Below, one piece after another: positions 46,116 through 56,238 of a stretch of DNA of 64,000 bases. The translations under genes and the position numbers were made by a program. Numbering within the stretch: the stretch's first letter is position 1; every line of letters starts with the position of its first letter. Under the pieces are notes generated by a model that saw only the letters and a program-made list of their open reading frames with translations, searched no databases and was not told where the DNA came from. Origin of the DNA: a virus; IMG/VR virus record IMGVR_UViG_3300025593_000028, positions 31,289-95,288 of that record; one strand, given 5' to 3'.

Positions 46116-46661
46116 TCAGTCCCACGGCGACTCGTCCTCCTCCTCGTCGAGGAACGCGACCCGTACCTCTGCGACCCCGCCGTCCGTGTCGTACGTCACG
46201 AAGCACGGATACTCCCCGTCGCCGTATCCGGTGCTCGAGACGGCCCGCCCGTCCACGGCCAACGGCTGCGCCACGCGCGACCCGTCGTAGTGTCCGAGCT
46301 TCTCGAGCTCGTCGCAGAAGGCCGTCCAGTCCCGCACGCGGCCCGACTCGACCGGGATGAAGGCCATCAATCCGGCGTCCACGGCGAGCCGCCGGACTTG
46401 CTGCTCGCCTCCGGCTCCGCGCACCGCGCCCATCCTCGTCGCCGTGAGCTCCGAGGTGCGCAGGCCCCAGCTGCCCTCATCGAGGTAGCTAGTGCTGACC
46501 CTCCAGTCGCCGGTACCGTCGAACCTGTAGCCGAGATCTCCCGGGTCCCGCGTGCCGTCCTCGGTGTAGTAGCACGGGTCGCAGATGAGCACCTCGCCCT
46601 CTACTCCCCTGAGCACGACCTCGATCTCGGCCGGCTTGGTCACCTTCTCTAGCGTCTCCAT
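46116..46661 (-). CDS. DUF4241-like protein
   Basis: ICDPCY, VDAG, STGYGDGEYP. Confidence 0.65.
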   Translation of the reverse strand: METLEKVTKPAEIEVVLRGVEGEVLICDPCYYTEDGTRDPGDLGYRFDGTGDWRVSTSYLDEGSWGLRTSELTATRMGAVRGAGGEQQVRRLAVDAGLMAFIPVESGRVRDWTAFCDELEKLGHYDGSRVAQPLAVDGRAVSSTGYGDGEYPCFVTYDTDGGVAEVRVAFLDEEEDESPWD

Positions 46662-46680
46662 GCTTCCTCCTTCGTCGTTG

Positions 46681-47058
46681 TCACTGCTTGCCTCGCCTCC
46701 TGCGCCTGCGCTTGGTGCCGGCGCCCGAGGCCTTCTCGCCGCGGATCTTAGCACATTCCTCGAGCAGCTCCGCGCGCCACTCGTCGTCCGTCGCACCCTG
46801 GCCGATCATCGCTTTGACGATCTTCTTGAGTTCCTTCTCGCGCACCGTGTAGGACTTGACCTTGCCGTCTTTGTCCTTGCCGAGGCGACGGAACTGCCAG
46901 TTGCCCTGGGCGTAGAACACGCCTTCCACCTCGCCCGAGTCGACGCGTTCGACAAGCGCGGTGAGCCAGCCCGGGTACTCGACTCCGACCGGCTCCCATT
47001 TTGGCTTGCGGCCCTGCGCCGCCTTGCCGCGCTCGACGGCGGCGTCGATCGCGCTCAC
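46681..47058 (-). CDS. Hypothetical protein with basic C-terminus
   Basis: GTGA-coupled ORF. Confidence 0.5.
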   Translation of the reverse strand: MSAIDAAVERGKAAQGRKPKWEPVGVEYPGWLTALVERVDSGEVEGVFYAQGNWQFRRLGKDKDGKVKSYTVREKELKKIVKAMIGQGATDDEWRAELLEECAKIRGEKASGAGTKRRRRRRGKQ

Positions 47059-47411
47059 GCGGCGGCCGCCTCCGGCTCCTCGTCCCACGAGGACGGGGAC
47101 AGGTCGAACACCAGTAAGTCGGCCGGGAACGCCACGGCCTCGAACATCTCGCCCTCCGGGTCTTCTATGTCGAGCCGGCCATCCTCGTCGGACCTGACGA
47201 CTTCGCAGACCTGATCGGGCACCGGGTCCTTGGTGTCCTTGTGGATCACCAAGTCGCCGATTTCAAGCATCGGGTCGGGGTCGCTGTTGACCCGCAGCGC
47301 TAGCTGCCGCTCGACGTTGTGGGCGATGAGCCCCCGCGGGACGAGCCGCATGATGTCGTTCGCCACCGACTTCGGGAGGCCGGCCATCTGACTATGGATG
47401 GTCACCTCCAC
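47055..47411 (-). CDS. Hypothetical protein
   Basis: GGAGGAG SD. Confidence 0.55.
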   Translation of the reverse strand: MEVTIHSQMAGLPKSVANDIMRLVPRGLIAHNVERQLALRVNSDPDPMLEIGDLVIHKDTKDPVPDQVCEVVRSDEDGRLDIEDPEGEMFEAVAFPADLLVFDLSPSSWDEEPEAAAA

Positions 47412-47611
47412 CTAGCTCCTCCTCCCGCGCTTACGGGCCTCCGCTTGTTTCCTCGTGCCCTCCTGTAGCCGCTCCCGGTACTCGTCCGGGAGCGCTGCGA
47501 GGGTCGCCCACGGGGTCTGCTTCGCACCCGCGCGCTTCGAGATGTGCGGCGACGTGCCGCCTACCTCCTCCATGCGTGCCTCCTCTCCATCTAGGATCCC
47601 ATGCTCAAGCG

Positions 47612-47657
47612 CATCATATCAGGTCGCGCTCGAGCCCGTATTAAGGTCGGGTTAAGG
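47612..47657 (-). promoter_or_regulatory. Conserved 46-bp promoter/operator, copy 1
   Basis: Minus strand: CCTTAAC-N4-CCTTAATACG-N14-CCTGATATGATG. Confidence 0.7.
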
Positions 47658-47675
47658 TCTTAAAAACCCGACCGT

Positions 47676-48257
47676 TTATCGAGCGGGCCTGAACGCGCGC
47701 AGCCAGCTGAGGAAGCCCTCGGTAGCGCCGCTCACCGCGGCGTCTCCGTCCTCGCGCTCGGTCAGGTGGTTGCTGATCTCGTCGAAGAACGAGTGCCCGT
47801 CCTCGAACAGGTACTGCAGGTCGTAGTCGTCTACCTCTACCCCGATGGACTGGAGCCACCCGAGCACCGCCCCGTCGGTGACGTCGGCGCCCTCGACCAG
47901 GGCTTCCGCGAAGTCCTTCACGAAGTTGATCGCGGCACCGTGCGTGAACTGCGCCTCGAAGAGGCCCTCGGCAGCGACAGCGAGCACGGGCGTGATCCCG
48001 AATTCCTCTCCGAGGAGCTCGCGCTGCTGTCGGTCCGAGATGTCGAGGTACGTCGTACCCGGCTTGAGCCACTTCTCGAGGAAGTCAGCGAGCTCTCGAG
48101 CCCTGTGCGGGGTCGACAAGCAGCCGACCGCGCAGCCCTTGTACTCGACGCTGCGGCCGTCGGATCTGCAGCTTCCGTAGGTGCCCTGCACCACGTGGTC
48201 CTGCTCGGCGTGCGACCTGGCGCGCAGCACCAGCTCGCGGATGTTCCTGAGTATCAC
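47676..48257 (-). CDS. Hypothetical protein (QG...GCAVGC family)
   Basis: VVQGTYG...KGCAVGCL. Confidence 0.6.
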   Translation of the reverse strand: MILRNIRELVLRARSHAEQDHVVQGTYGSCRSDGRSVEYKGCAVGCLSTPHRARELADFLEKWLKPGTTYLDISDRQQRELLGEEFGITPVLAVAAEGLFEAQFTHGAAINFVKDFAEALVEGADVTDGAVLGWLQSIGVEVDDYDLQYLFEDGHSFFDEISNHLTEREDGDAAVSGATEGFLSWLRAFRPAR

Positions 48258-48868
48258 TTCGTCTCCTCCTCGGAGTCGGGTCCGGCCCACTGCCAGACGT
48301 TGCAGAACAGTTCTGCCTGGCCTACCGCGTCGTCGAGCGCGTCGTGAGTGTGCTTACGCGACACGGCGGTCAGGTGGTTTGGCATCTTCCCCTTAGTGGC
48401 CTTGGACAGCGGCACGCCGGCCTTGGCCGCGTACATCGACTTGATGTCGAGTGCCGAGCTGAACCCGAACGGGTCGAGCTTGGGGCCCAGGAAGTGTTCG
48501 AAATAGAAGTGGACGAACGTCCAGTCGTAGCTCAGTGGGTACGCGACGAAGACGGGCCGTGCGTCGCCGGACACGCGCAGCACCCACTCGCGGAAGTGTT
48601 CCATCGCGAGCCGCGGCGGGATCGCGTCCGGGCCGTTGACCGGCACCCCGTGCCCGCCCAACCACCGGACCGTCTCGGGGTCCGAGTCGAACCCCTCTGC
48701 CTGCTGGATCTCGCGCTTGAAGCCCGTCGGTGCGCCCTGGTTCGCCGGCGTGAACACGCGGCCCCGCAGCGTCGCTGCTACGCACGCCCCGACCTGGACC
48801 ATCGAGCCGTCTACCGGCACGCGACCGTCGGCCTCGACGTCGACGGAGATGTAGAGGTCGTGGGCCAT
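48254..48868 (-). CDS. DEDD 3'-5' exoribonuclease (Rv2179c/RNase AS-like)
   Basis: SVDVEADG, YDWTF, LDIKS, HDALDDA..QA. Confidence 0.8.
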   Translation of the reverse strand: MAHDLYISVDVEADGRVPVDGSMVQVGACVAATLRGRVFTPANQGAPTGFKREIQQAEGFDSDPETVRWLGGHGVPVNGPDAIPPRLAMEHFREWVLRVSGDARPVFVAYPLSYDWTFVHFYFEHFLGPKLDPFGFSSALDIKSMYAAKAGVPLSKATKGKMPNHLTAVSRKHTHDALDDAVGQAELFCNVWQWAGPDSEEETK

Positions 48869-49110
48869 CACGCAGTCGCCTCCTCTCGAGCGCCGACCAG
48901 CGCCAGCGCTGCTTCTACCTCGTTCGCGAGCTCTGCCTCTCGGACGTTGAGCGTCGCCGAGAGCTCGCCGCCCTCGTCCTGCCAAGTCGCTCCGAGCACG
49001 ACGTAGTCGCCGGGGCCCAGCTCGAGCATCTCGCCGGACCTCGGCACCGCCTCGCTGCTGAGCTCGGCGTGCTGGGTCCCGGACGCGACGTCTACGACCC
49101 TGACCCTCAC
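48868..49110 (-). CDS. Hypothetical protein
   Basis: Coupled ORF; VPRSGE motif. Confidence 0.5.
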   Translation of the reverse strand: MRVRVVDVASGTQHAELSSEAVPRSGEMLELGPGDYVVLGATWQDEGGELSATLNVREAELANEVEAALALVGAREEATA

Positions 49111-49445
49111 GATCGGTCCTCCATCCTGTACACTCGGGCGTGCGAGGCCTCGGGCGAGTGCTCGAGCAGCCCCTCGAGCACGCCGCGCATGACGTCGCGC
49201 GCCTGCTCTTCGGTGGCCGGGTCTACCTGCACCTTGTCGTCTTCTGCCGAGTACTCGTCGTCCCCGGTACGGAGCACCGAGAACGACGCGTTGCGGATCT
49301 TCGCGTCGTCCGCCACGAACTCGACGCGCTCGCCGACGTCGAGCGACGCCAGCGTGGTTTCACACCGCTCGACCGCCTTCTCGAGCTCGAGCTCCTGGTG
49401 CTCGCCCCTCAGCACGACTGTATGCTCCGTGTGCATCATGTACAC
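49107..49445 (-). CDS. Hypothetical protein
   Basis: Coupled ORF. Confidence 0.5.
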   Translation of the reverse strand: MYMMHTEHTVVLRGEHQELELEKAVERCETTLASLDVGERVEFVADDAKIRNASFSVLRTGDDEYSAEDDKVQVDPATEEQARDVMRGVLEGLLEHSPEASHARVYRMEDRS

Positions 49446-49446
49446 C

Positions 49447-49776
49447 TCACTCGGCCCCCTCTAGCGTCTTCTCTGCCTCGAGCAGCACGGCTTCTACCTC
49501 TGGCCACTCGCGGCCCTCTTCGTCGTTCCACCGTATCACGAAGCTAGCCCCGTCTGGGTAGAGCTTCTTGATCGCGTAGTACACCGCGTTCGCGACGTCG
49601 AAGCCGATCGGTTCCACCGCGAGGATCGCGCCGGATAGGCACCACGCGCAGGCCTGCTCGCTGTTCGGCTTAACGGGAAATCCGCGCTCGTTCTTGGCGA
49701 ACTCTCCCTGGGTCCACGCCTCGCCGCCGTCGAGCAACTCGCGCACTCGGCGTGCTCTGTCGGCCGCGGTCACCAC
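49447..49776 (-). CDS. DUF6197-like protein
   Basis: WTQG...CAWCLSGAI...WND...EV..VL. Confidence 0.65.
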   Translation of the reverse strand: MVTAADRARRVRELLDGGEAWTQGEFAKNERGFPVKPNSEQACAWCLSGAILAVEPIGFDVANAVYYAIKKLYPDGASFVIRWNDEEGREWPEVEAVLLEAEKTLEGAE

Positions 49777-50162
49777 AGGTACTCCGAGATGTCGGCCGTC
49801 ACGAGCACCAGCTCGCCCCCGTCATAGATCCACGAGACCAGAGCGGGCCCGCAGTCCCCTTCCTGGGCCACCCAGACCGGCGTGTCCATCCCCATCAGGA
49901 AGTCTCCTCCCTTCCACCCTTCGAACTCAGTGCCGACCGCGTCGAGCGCGGCCTGGCGCAGCTCTGCGGCCGATCGCAGCACCTTCGGGTGCGGTACTGC
50001 CTCGCCCGCGTCTTGGGGGATCAGGCAGAGGTGCGAGTAGTTGCCCCGGTATGAACAGAAGCCCACCGGGTAGTAGCGATCACCTACCGCTCCGGCCAGC
50101 ACCACCCGGTCGGTCGGGCACACCTCCTCGTCGCAGATGCGGATGATGTCTCCAAGTACCAC
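49770..50162 (-). CDS. Conserved phage hypothetical protein
   Basis: SYRGNYSHL...FEGWKGGDF.M...TPVWVA; start approximate. Confidence 0.6.
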   Translation of the reverse strand: MVLGDIIRICDEEVCPTDRVVLAGAVGDRYYPVGFCSYRGNYSHLCLIPQDAGEAVPHPKVLRSAAELRQAALDAVGTEFEGWKGGDFLMGMDTPVWVAQEGDCGPALVSWIYDGGELVLVTADISEYLW

Positions 50163-50180
50163 GCGTCCTCCTCTTGAGTT

Positions 50181-50254
50181 TGGGGTGACCGCCGGGACTC
50201 GAACCCGGATCGCGGGGGCCACGTCCCCGAGCTTTACCGTTAAGCTACGGCCAC
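50181..50254 (-). tRNA. tRNA-His(GTG), CCA encoded, atypical loop (A32,C33) and no encoded G-1
   Basis: CGGGG-ACGTGGC-CCCCG; acceptor GTGGCCG/CGGTCAC; C73-CCA. Confidence 0.85.
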
Positions 50255-50268
50255 GACTGTGCTGCTGA

Positions 50269-50342
50269 TGGCGCCGGTGGGGATCGAACCCACGACCTTC
50301 GGATTAAGAGTCCGCTGCTCTAGCCAGCTGAGCTACGGCGCC
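50269..50342 (-). tRNA. tRNA-Lys(CTT)
   Basis: Canonical cloverleaf, loop CTCTTAA. Confidence 0.92.
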
Positions 50343-50542
50343 GGTTGGATGCTACTCGTACGTCCGCTTGACTCCCCCGCGGGCGCCGATGACGACCGAG
50401 ACGCGCTCGGTCGAGCCCTCGCCCGAGACGGTGTAGCAGACGAGGACGGCCTTGCCGTCCTCCTCTACGCTGAGGTCGGACGCGTCCGAGATGTTCGCCG
50501 CGGCGAGCTCAGCTGCGAGCGCTTCCAGCTGCTTGCCGGCCT

Positions 50543-50914
50543 TCACGCGTAGTACTCCGCCGGGAGCAGTCCCGCGTCGAAGTCCTGCGCGATCGCGCCG
50601 ACGTGGCTCGGGAGCGAGACGCTGAACCCGCCGCCCAACTGGGGCGACGCCGTGGTCCCGACCTGGTCCGCGAGGTACTCGGCCTGGGCCTGGTACTCGC
50701 GCGGGAACCAGACGCGCCAGCCGGAGCCGGGCCCGTTCTGGTCGACCGAGCACTCGAAGCCGAACGCCTGAGCGAGCACGCAGTGCTTCGCGTCCTTGGG
50801 CGTCGAGGCCGGCAGGTCGCCGAGCACCGAGCCCCCGAACTGGGACCTCAGCGAGTTGGCGATTTTGACCGCCTCGAGGATGGATTCAGCTCTCAGCTCT
50901 GCTCTCTGCCCCAT
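50543..50914 (-). CDS. Hypothetical protein, paralog of 52253-52801
   Basis: N.LR...GG..L..L..S.P.D...C.LA..F.F.C.V ... LP......A..FD shared. Confidence 0.6.
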   Translation of the reverse strand: MGQRAELRAESILEAVKIANSLRSQFGGSVLGDLPASTPKDAKHCVLAQAFGFECSVDQNGPGSGWRVWFPREYQAQAEYLADQVGTTASPQLGGGFSVSLPSHVGAIAQDFDAGLLPAEYYA

Positions 50915-51149
50915 CAGGCGACCTCCTCCCGAACCGTCTCGAGCGCCGTGATCAGCGAGTCGAGCTCGTTCCGGCTGACCGGGACGAGGTCGCTCTCGGT
51001 GACGCCGCCCGGGTACCGCAGGCCGACGCGCGCGGCCGACCCGTGGTCGCCGCCGACTTGCGCGAGGAACCAGTCGAGCACGCGCACCTCGCGCACCCCT
51101 CCGGTGCCACCGCCGACCGGGGTGATCTTGTTGCTGCCCTCGAACATCT

Positions 51150-51452
51150 CTAGACCTCCTCTCCGATCAGCGCGTTGATCGCGTCGCGCAGGTTGTACAG
51201 GTCGTTCTTGCCGTATCCGTAGATGCCGGCGTTCCCGAACTGCCCGATGGGGTAGCGCACGCCGTAGGTGATGGCGGTCAGCCCCCCGTCCTTCGTGATC
51301 TCGAGGCCGTTGCCGGCGCCCGAGGTGCCCTCCGCGTTCGTGAACGACGCCGACGCGGGGGCGACGACGACCGACTCGGGTGACGAGTCCTCGACGAACA
51401 CCGCTACGCTGCCGGTGCTACGCGAGTCGTCTCGCTTGAGCTTTGAGCTCAT
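51150..51452 (-). CDS. Hypothetical protein
   Basis: MSSKLKRDD start after a purine-rich SD. Confidence 0.55.
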   Translation of the reverse strand: MSSKLKRDDSRSTGSVAVFVEDSSPESVVVAPASASFTNAEGTSGAGNGLEITKDGGLTAITYGVRYPIGQFGNAGIYGYGKNDLYNLRDAINALIGEEV

Positions 51453-51491
51453 GTGCTTCTCTCCTCTCTTCTCTCGTTTGCTGTACAGCAG

Positions 51492-51562
51492 CGGGAGAGC
51501 CGGGACTCGAACCCGGGTACTCGGTTTTGGAGACCGAGCGGATGCCGCTACCTCACTCTCCC
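51492..51562 (-). tRNA. tRNA-Trp(CCA), weak D-arm
   Basis: TCGGT-CTCCAAA-ACCGA; GGGAGAG/CTCTCCC; G73. Confidence 0.8.
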
Positions 51563-51571
51563 TGATGTCGC

Positions 51572-52099
51572 TTAGTCGCGCTCCTCGAACTCGACCTCTG
51601 GCTGCGGTGGCGCGGGCTCCGGGGTCGAGACGGTGAACGTCTCGGTCTGGACGTCCCCGTCCCAGAACAGCGCGGTGGCGCTGAACTTTTCGCCCGACAG
51701 CAGCTGTCCGTCCCGAGCGAGCTTGCTGATGTACTCGCGGAGGGTCCTGCGGTAGGGACTCGACAGCGACACCGTCTCGCGGCGCTCGAACGCGCCGTCG
51801 TAGTCGCCGTAGCCCTTCTTCCCCCGGAAGATCGTCAGCTCGGCCTGCCCGCTTCCGATCCCGAGGCCCAAGTACGACGTGATCGCGCTCTTGCTCGAGC
51901 CCTCCCGATCGCTCTCGCTGCACGCGTTCCAGAAGTTCGGCGTGATCTGTCGAACGTCGTTCGGGTTCTCACCGTCCTCGCGCCAGATGTAGACGAGCGG
52001 CGGCGAGAACACCCCGCGGTCCTCCAGGTGGTGGACGGTCGCGTAGTCGCCCGCGTTCGAACGGATCCGCTGCCCGACCTTGCACTCTGTCGCTTCCAT
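51572..52099 (-). CDS. Hypothetical protein
   Basis: SD present; 175 aa. Confidence 0.55.
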   Translation of the reverse strand: MEATECKVGQRIRSNAGDYATVHHLEDRGVFSPPLVYIWREDGENPNDVRQITPNFWNACSESDREGSSKSAITSYLGLGIGSGQAELTIFRGKKGYGDYDGAFERRETVSLSSPYRRTLREYISKLARDGQLLSGEKFSATALFWDGDVQTETFTVSTPEPAPPQPEVEFEERD

Positions 52100-52252
52100 G
52101 TACTCTCCCTCTCCCTCTTGTTGGTTTGCTCGTGAAATCTTGGACCGACGGCCCCGCGGCCTACCGTCGGTGGTGCGCGGGTCGGTGTGCGGATCGGGTC
52201 TGCCCCAAGCACTCCGCGGCGCGCGCTGCCCTCCTTCGGCAGCAGGATCGTA

Positions 52253-52801
52253 TCAGGCGGGTTCCTCTTCCTCGGGAACGAGCTCGCCGGTGCCTGGGAC
52301 GATGCCCATGTCGCACTCGATCACCTCGCGATCGTCGGCCGGCAAGTACTTCGCCGGCCAGCTGCTGGCCGATTCCACGTCGCACGTCGCATCGTCGAAG
52401 GTTTCGGCCACGAGCGTTATCTCGTCGGGCAGGACCACCGAGAATCGCTCGTCCTCTTCCAGCGGCTCCCACGCACCGTCACCGCCCTCTTCGCGGTCGA
52501 TCTTGACGAGGCCGAGCGCCGCGGCGATCTTGTCGCGCACCTCCCTGCTCGGACAGATCATCTCCCACGGCTCGCCCACGAGCTTCGCGTCGCGCATGAG
52601 CTGCTCCCTGGACGTGCTGTCCGGCATGTCTTCGACGGGCCGCACGCAGCAGTCGAAGTTGAGCCCGTTCGCGATGAGGCACGTCATCTGGTCGCCCGGG
52701 TCGGACTCGAAGAGCGCGCCGAGCGCGTCGCCGCCGCCGGCGGCCCGCACCTTGTTGCAGAACTCGAGGGTCTCGGCCTCGGTCGCCATCTTCCTAGACA
52801 C
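52253..52801 (-). CDS. Hypothetical protein, paralog of 50543-50914
   Basis: Shared motifs as above. Confidence 0.6.
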   Translation of the reverse strand: MSRKMATEAETLEFCNKVRAAGGGDALGALFESDPGDQMTCLIANGLNFDCCVRPVEDMPDSTSREQLMRDAKLVGEPWEMICPSREVRDKIAAALGLVKIDREEGGDGAWEPLEEDERFSVVLPDEITLVAETFDDATCDVESASSWPAKYLPADDREVIECDMGIVPGTGELVPEEEEPA

Positions 52802-52963
52802 TGCTGGCTTCCTTGTCGATGTAGTTTCGCTGGCGCACCAGCGCGTCGATGAAAGGTTTGTCGTGGGTCCCGGAGGCGTAGCGCTTCTCTCCCCTGTCCC
52901 ACACCCTCCAGCCGTCCGAGTCCTCGCGAGACTCGTACCGCGGTGGGATGACCATCTCCTCGC

Positions 52964-53269
52964 TCACGGGAACTTGACCTCGGTGACCGTCTGCTGCTCT
53001 ACCACAGTGTGGATGAGGTGCCCGGAGCCGTCTGCGAAGTCCACGGAGGCGACGTACTCGCCCTCCTCTAGCGAGTGCTCGATCACCAGTCCCTTGACGA
53101 TCTGCTTCTCGCTGCGGCTGTCTCCCCTCCACATCCCAGAGTGGTAGACCAGCGGGGTGCGCATGTATCGCTCGTCCCCGTTGGGGGCCGGGAAGATCCT
53201 GATCCTCCATTCTCCCCGGTACTTCGGGCTGCCCCCGTGCACGCAGCTCATCTCTAGCTCTCTCAGCAT
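52964..53269 (-). CDS. Hypothetical protein
   Basis: GAGGAG SD before MLRELEM. Confidence 0.5.
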   Translation of the reverse strand: MLRELEMSCVHGGSPKYRGEWRIRIFPAPNGDERYMRTPLVYHSGMWRGDSRSEKQIVKGLVIEHSLEEGEYVASVDFADGSGHLIHTVVEQQTVTEVKFP

Positions 53270-53784
53270 GGGCTCCTCTCCTACTTGGCTTTCCAGGGCA
53301 GGAGGCAGATGCTCTTCCCCCACACCACCATGAACAGTCCGGGCTCGTTGAACAGCTCGGGGCTCCTCCACGAGATCTTCACGCGGCGCTCACCTCCCTG
53401 GTGGCCTCCGCGAGGATCGCCGAGATGTCGCGGCGCGCGATCCTCCTGCAGTCCCTGCGCACGTCGGACAGCGACCAGTCGCCCCTGCCGCCGCCTTCCT
53501 TGCGGCGTCGGGCGATCCGCTTCGCCAGCGCGTCCTCGACCCTCGACATCTCGATGTGCTCGCGCAGGAGCCGCTCGGTCAGCGGCCCCACGACCACGGT
53601 CGTCGCGCTGTCCATCTCCGACGCCATCAGCAGGTGATCAGCGGGACGCAGAAGACGAAGGAACTGCCGCAGCCCGGGCACGTGTGCCGGTAGACCCCGG
53701 GCGACAGCACGACGTTCGCCGGCGGATCGTGTTCCGGGTTCAAACAGACGTCGGCGGTGATGTCGGCGATCTTCTCGAGGCCCA

Positions 53785-54354
53785 TCATCGTCCCCCGAGC
53801 GAGTAGCCGCGCAGCACGGTGCCCTTCGGCACGTAGATGTTCCATTCCGTCTGCAGTTCGTCTCGTTCGCACAGCCTGTGGATCGGCGCGAGCCACCACG
53901 GGGTGAGGCACTGGTTCTGCGCTTCCTTGCTCGTGACGCGCGGGCGTCCCGAGTCGGTCTCGTGCACGAAGACGTCGTTGTACCCATCTTCCTGGACCAT
54001 CATGCCACGCAGCCTGCCATCCGGTTCGCGCTGGTACCAGGTGTAGGCGAGGTACGAGCTGCCTTCGCCGACGACGGAGCCAATGCCGAGGAAGAACGAT
54101 CCACCGAGGCGGCTGCTGCTGCCCTCGCCGTCATGCAGGGTCACGATCGGAGCGTCGGTCCTCCCGGTCACTTCGTAGGTCTTGCTCTGGGTCCATTCGG
54201 TGAGGCCGAACGCGACGAGCACGAGCACCCCGAACACCATCGCCCCGGCCAGCGCCGAGAAGAACACGGCTTCGTTCTTGGACGTGTACCAGTCCCGGGT
54301 CAGGTTCCTGAACGACCACGCCACCACGGCAAGAGTGCCAAGCACCAGCAACAT
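53785..54354 (-). CDS. Membrane-anchored protein, paralog of 55663-56238
   Basis: Two N-terminal TM segments; SFFLGIG...WYQ...WLAP...W.IYVPKG. Confidence 0.65.
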   Translation of the reverse strand: MLLVLGTLAVVAWSFRNLTRDWYTSKNEAVFFSALAGAMVFGVLVLVAFGLTEWTQSKTYEVTGRTDAPIVTLHDGEGSSSRLGGSFFLGIGSVVGEGSSYLAYTWYQREPDGRLRGMMVQEDGYNDVFVHETDSGRPRVTSKEAQNQCLTPWWLAPIHRLCERDELQTEWNIYVPKGTVLRGYSLGGR

Positions 54355-54900
54355 CAGTTCCCTCCTCGTGTCATGCTACTTCTAGGCCCCGCTCGACGCC
54401 GCACGTCGCGTGCGCCAAGACGAGGTCCCCGTCGTCATCGAACTCTCCCATGCCCTCCCCGCCCATCGTGCAGCAGAGGGGCTCGCCGCAGACGTCGCAC
54501 TCGCGGCCGCCGTGCGTGTTGAAGATCGTGTCGTCGAAGTCGAACCCGGCCGTCTCCGCCCAGGTTTTCAGCTCCTGCTGGGGCGTCACGCCCGCGCCCC
54601 CTCGAAGTCGTGCACGTGCAGCGGGTCGTAGCCCTCCGCGCCGACGAGGTCCCAGAGCTCTTCTGGCTCGCCTCCGCCGGTCGAGTAGTAGCAGAGCCCC
54701 CACTCGTCCAAGACGGTCAGGCCGTCGCCGTCGGCGAACAGGCCGAGCATGATGCCGCCCCCCGAGTGGTAGTAGATCCCACCGTACAGCGCGCACGCGA
54801 GCTGGATGCCGCCGTCGAGCGCGGCGGCGGTCGACTCGCGTAGGCTGTCGAAGATCTCGTGCTTGTCCATGCTTGCCTCCATTCCCGACCCTCTAGTCCG

Positions 54901-54946
54901 CATCGTATCAGGCATCGGGTCGCGTCGTATTAAGGTAAGGTTAAGG
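54901..54946 (-). promoter_or_regulatory. Conserved 46-bp promoter/operator, copy 2
   Basis: Minus strand: CCTTAAC-CTTA-CCTTAATACG-N14-CCTGATACGATG. Confidence 0.7.
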
Positions 54947-55662
54947 CGGGCGGGCCGCCCGCTAGAAGATGAACGCCGAGAGCAGCCCGGCGTCTTCCAG
55001 CTCGTCTAGCAGCTCGTCGGGTCTGTAGTATGGGCACGCCGGGCAGGACAGGCATAGGAACCTCAGCACCTCCTCCACGTCGTCCTCGCGCGGCGACCGA
55101 GCGAGCGCCGCGACGAAGAAGTCGCACGCTGCTCGAGTGCCGCGGAAGACGAGCGGCGTACCGTACTCGCCGCGGAGCCCGTCCGCGCGCGAGTAAACGC
55201 CCCAGTCGTCGCCGGGGCCGAGCCTGATCAGGTCACGATCCACGCGCCTCCTCCGGCAGCTCGTCCGGTAGGGCGCCCTTCTCTAGGACCTCCTCGTCGA
55301 GGTCCCCGCCGTAGCAGTCGACCACCCTGAGCTCGATGGGCTCGCCGTCCGCGCGAGACGCGACCGAGCTGACGCCCACCGAGTGGTCCTCGTACAGGAG
55401 CTCGTCGCCCTCGTACAGGCCCTCCCATTCGCTGACCCGGACGACGGTGAACTTCCTCATCTCGCTGCTCCTCCCCGCGGCCGCCAGAACAGCCTGCGCC
55501 ACCTGTTCCGGCGGATCCGCTTCCTCCGCTGCTTCATGCGCAGGACCGGCCCGAGCCTGCGGCCCGGGATCCGGCGCGTCCAATTGAGCTGGACTTCCGC
55601 TAGGGAGCCTTCCAGCTCGACGCCGACCGGGCGGCCGAGCATCGATCTGACCAGGCGCCCCC

Positions 55663-56238
55663 TCATTCTTCGTTGACGAGGAACTTGGTCTTCATCGACC
55701 CCTTCGGGATGCTGATCACCCAGGTTTCGGGGGTGCAGCACGGGTCCTGCGCCATGTCGAAGGGAGCCAGCCAAGACTTCGTGGTCACGTGTTCTGCTGG
55801 GTACTTGCGCTGCGCCGTGGGCTGCGCGCCGTCCGGGATGAACTTCAGGTGGACGTGCGTGTTGTCGTCTACCTGGATCCGATGGAGGAAGAATTCCCCT
55901 TCTCCGGTTTCCTGGTAGAAGCGATATTCGGTCACGTCGTTTTCGTGCGACCCGTAGCCGCCCACGCCGAGCACGAAGAACGCGCTCGCGTCCGTCTTGG
56001 TCCCGATGTGGTCTTGGAACGAGATGATCTTCGCCGGCGCTTCTGGATGGTCGAACGTAGGTTCGTTCTTCGCCGCGCCGACAAAGCACGCGCACACCAT
56101 GAAAGCGAGCGCAACACCGAGCAGGGCCCCTAAGAAGGCACCGAACACGGCCTCTTCGCCTGGATTGAACGTAGCGCTCGAGGCGGCCAGGATCACTCCC
56201 AGCACCACGCACGCCGCGATGATTCCTATGAACAGCAT
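55663..56238 (-). CDS. Membrane-anchored protein, paralog of 53785-54354
   Basis: AFFVLGVG...FYQ...WLAP...WVISIPKG. Confidence 0.65.
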   Translation of the reverse strand: MLFIGIIAACVVLGVILAASSATFNPGEEAVFGAFLGALLGVALAFMVCACFVGAAKNEPTFDHPEAPAKIISFQDHIGTKTDASAFFVLGVGGYGSHENDVTEYRFYQETGEGEFFLHRIQVDDNTHVHLKFIPDGAQPTAQRKYPAEHVTTKSWLAPFDMAQDPCCTPETWVISIPKGSMKTKFLVNEE

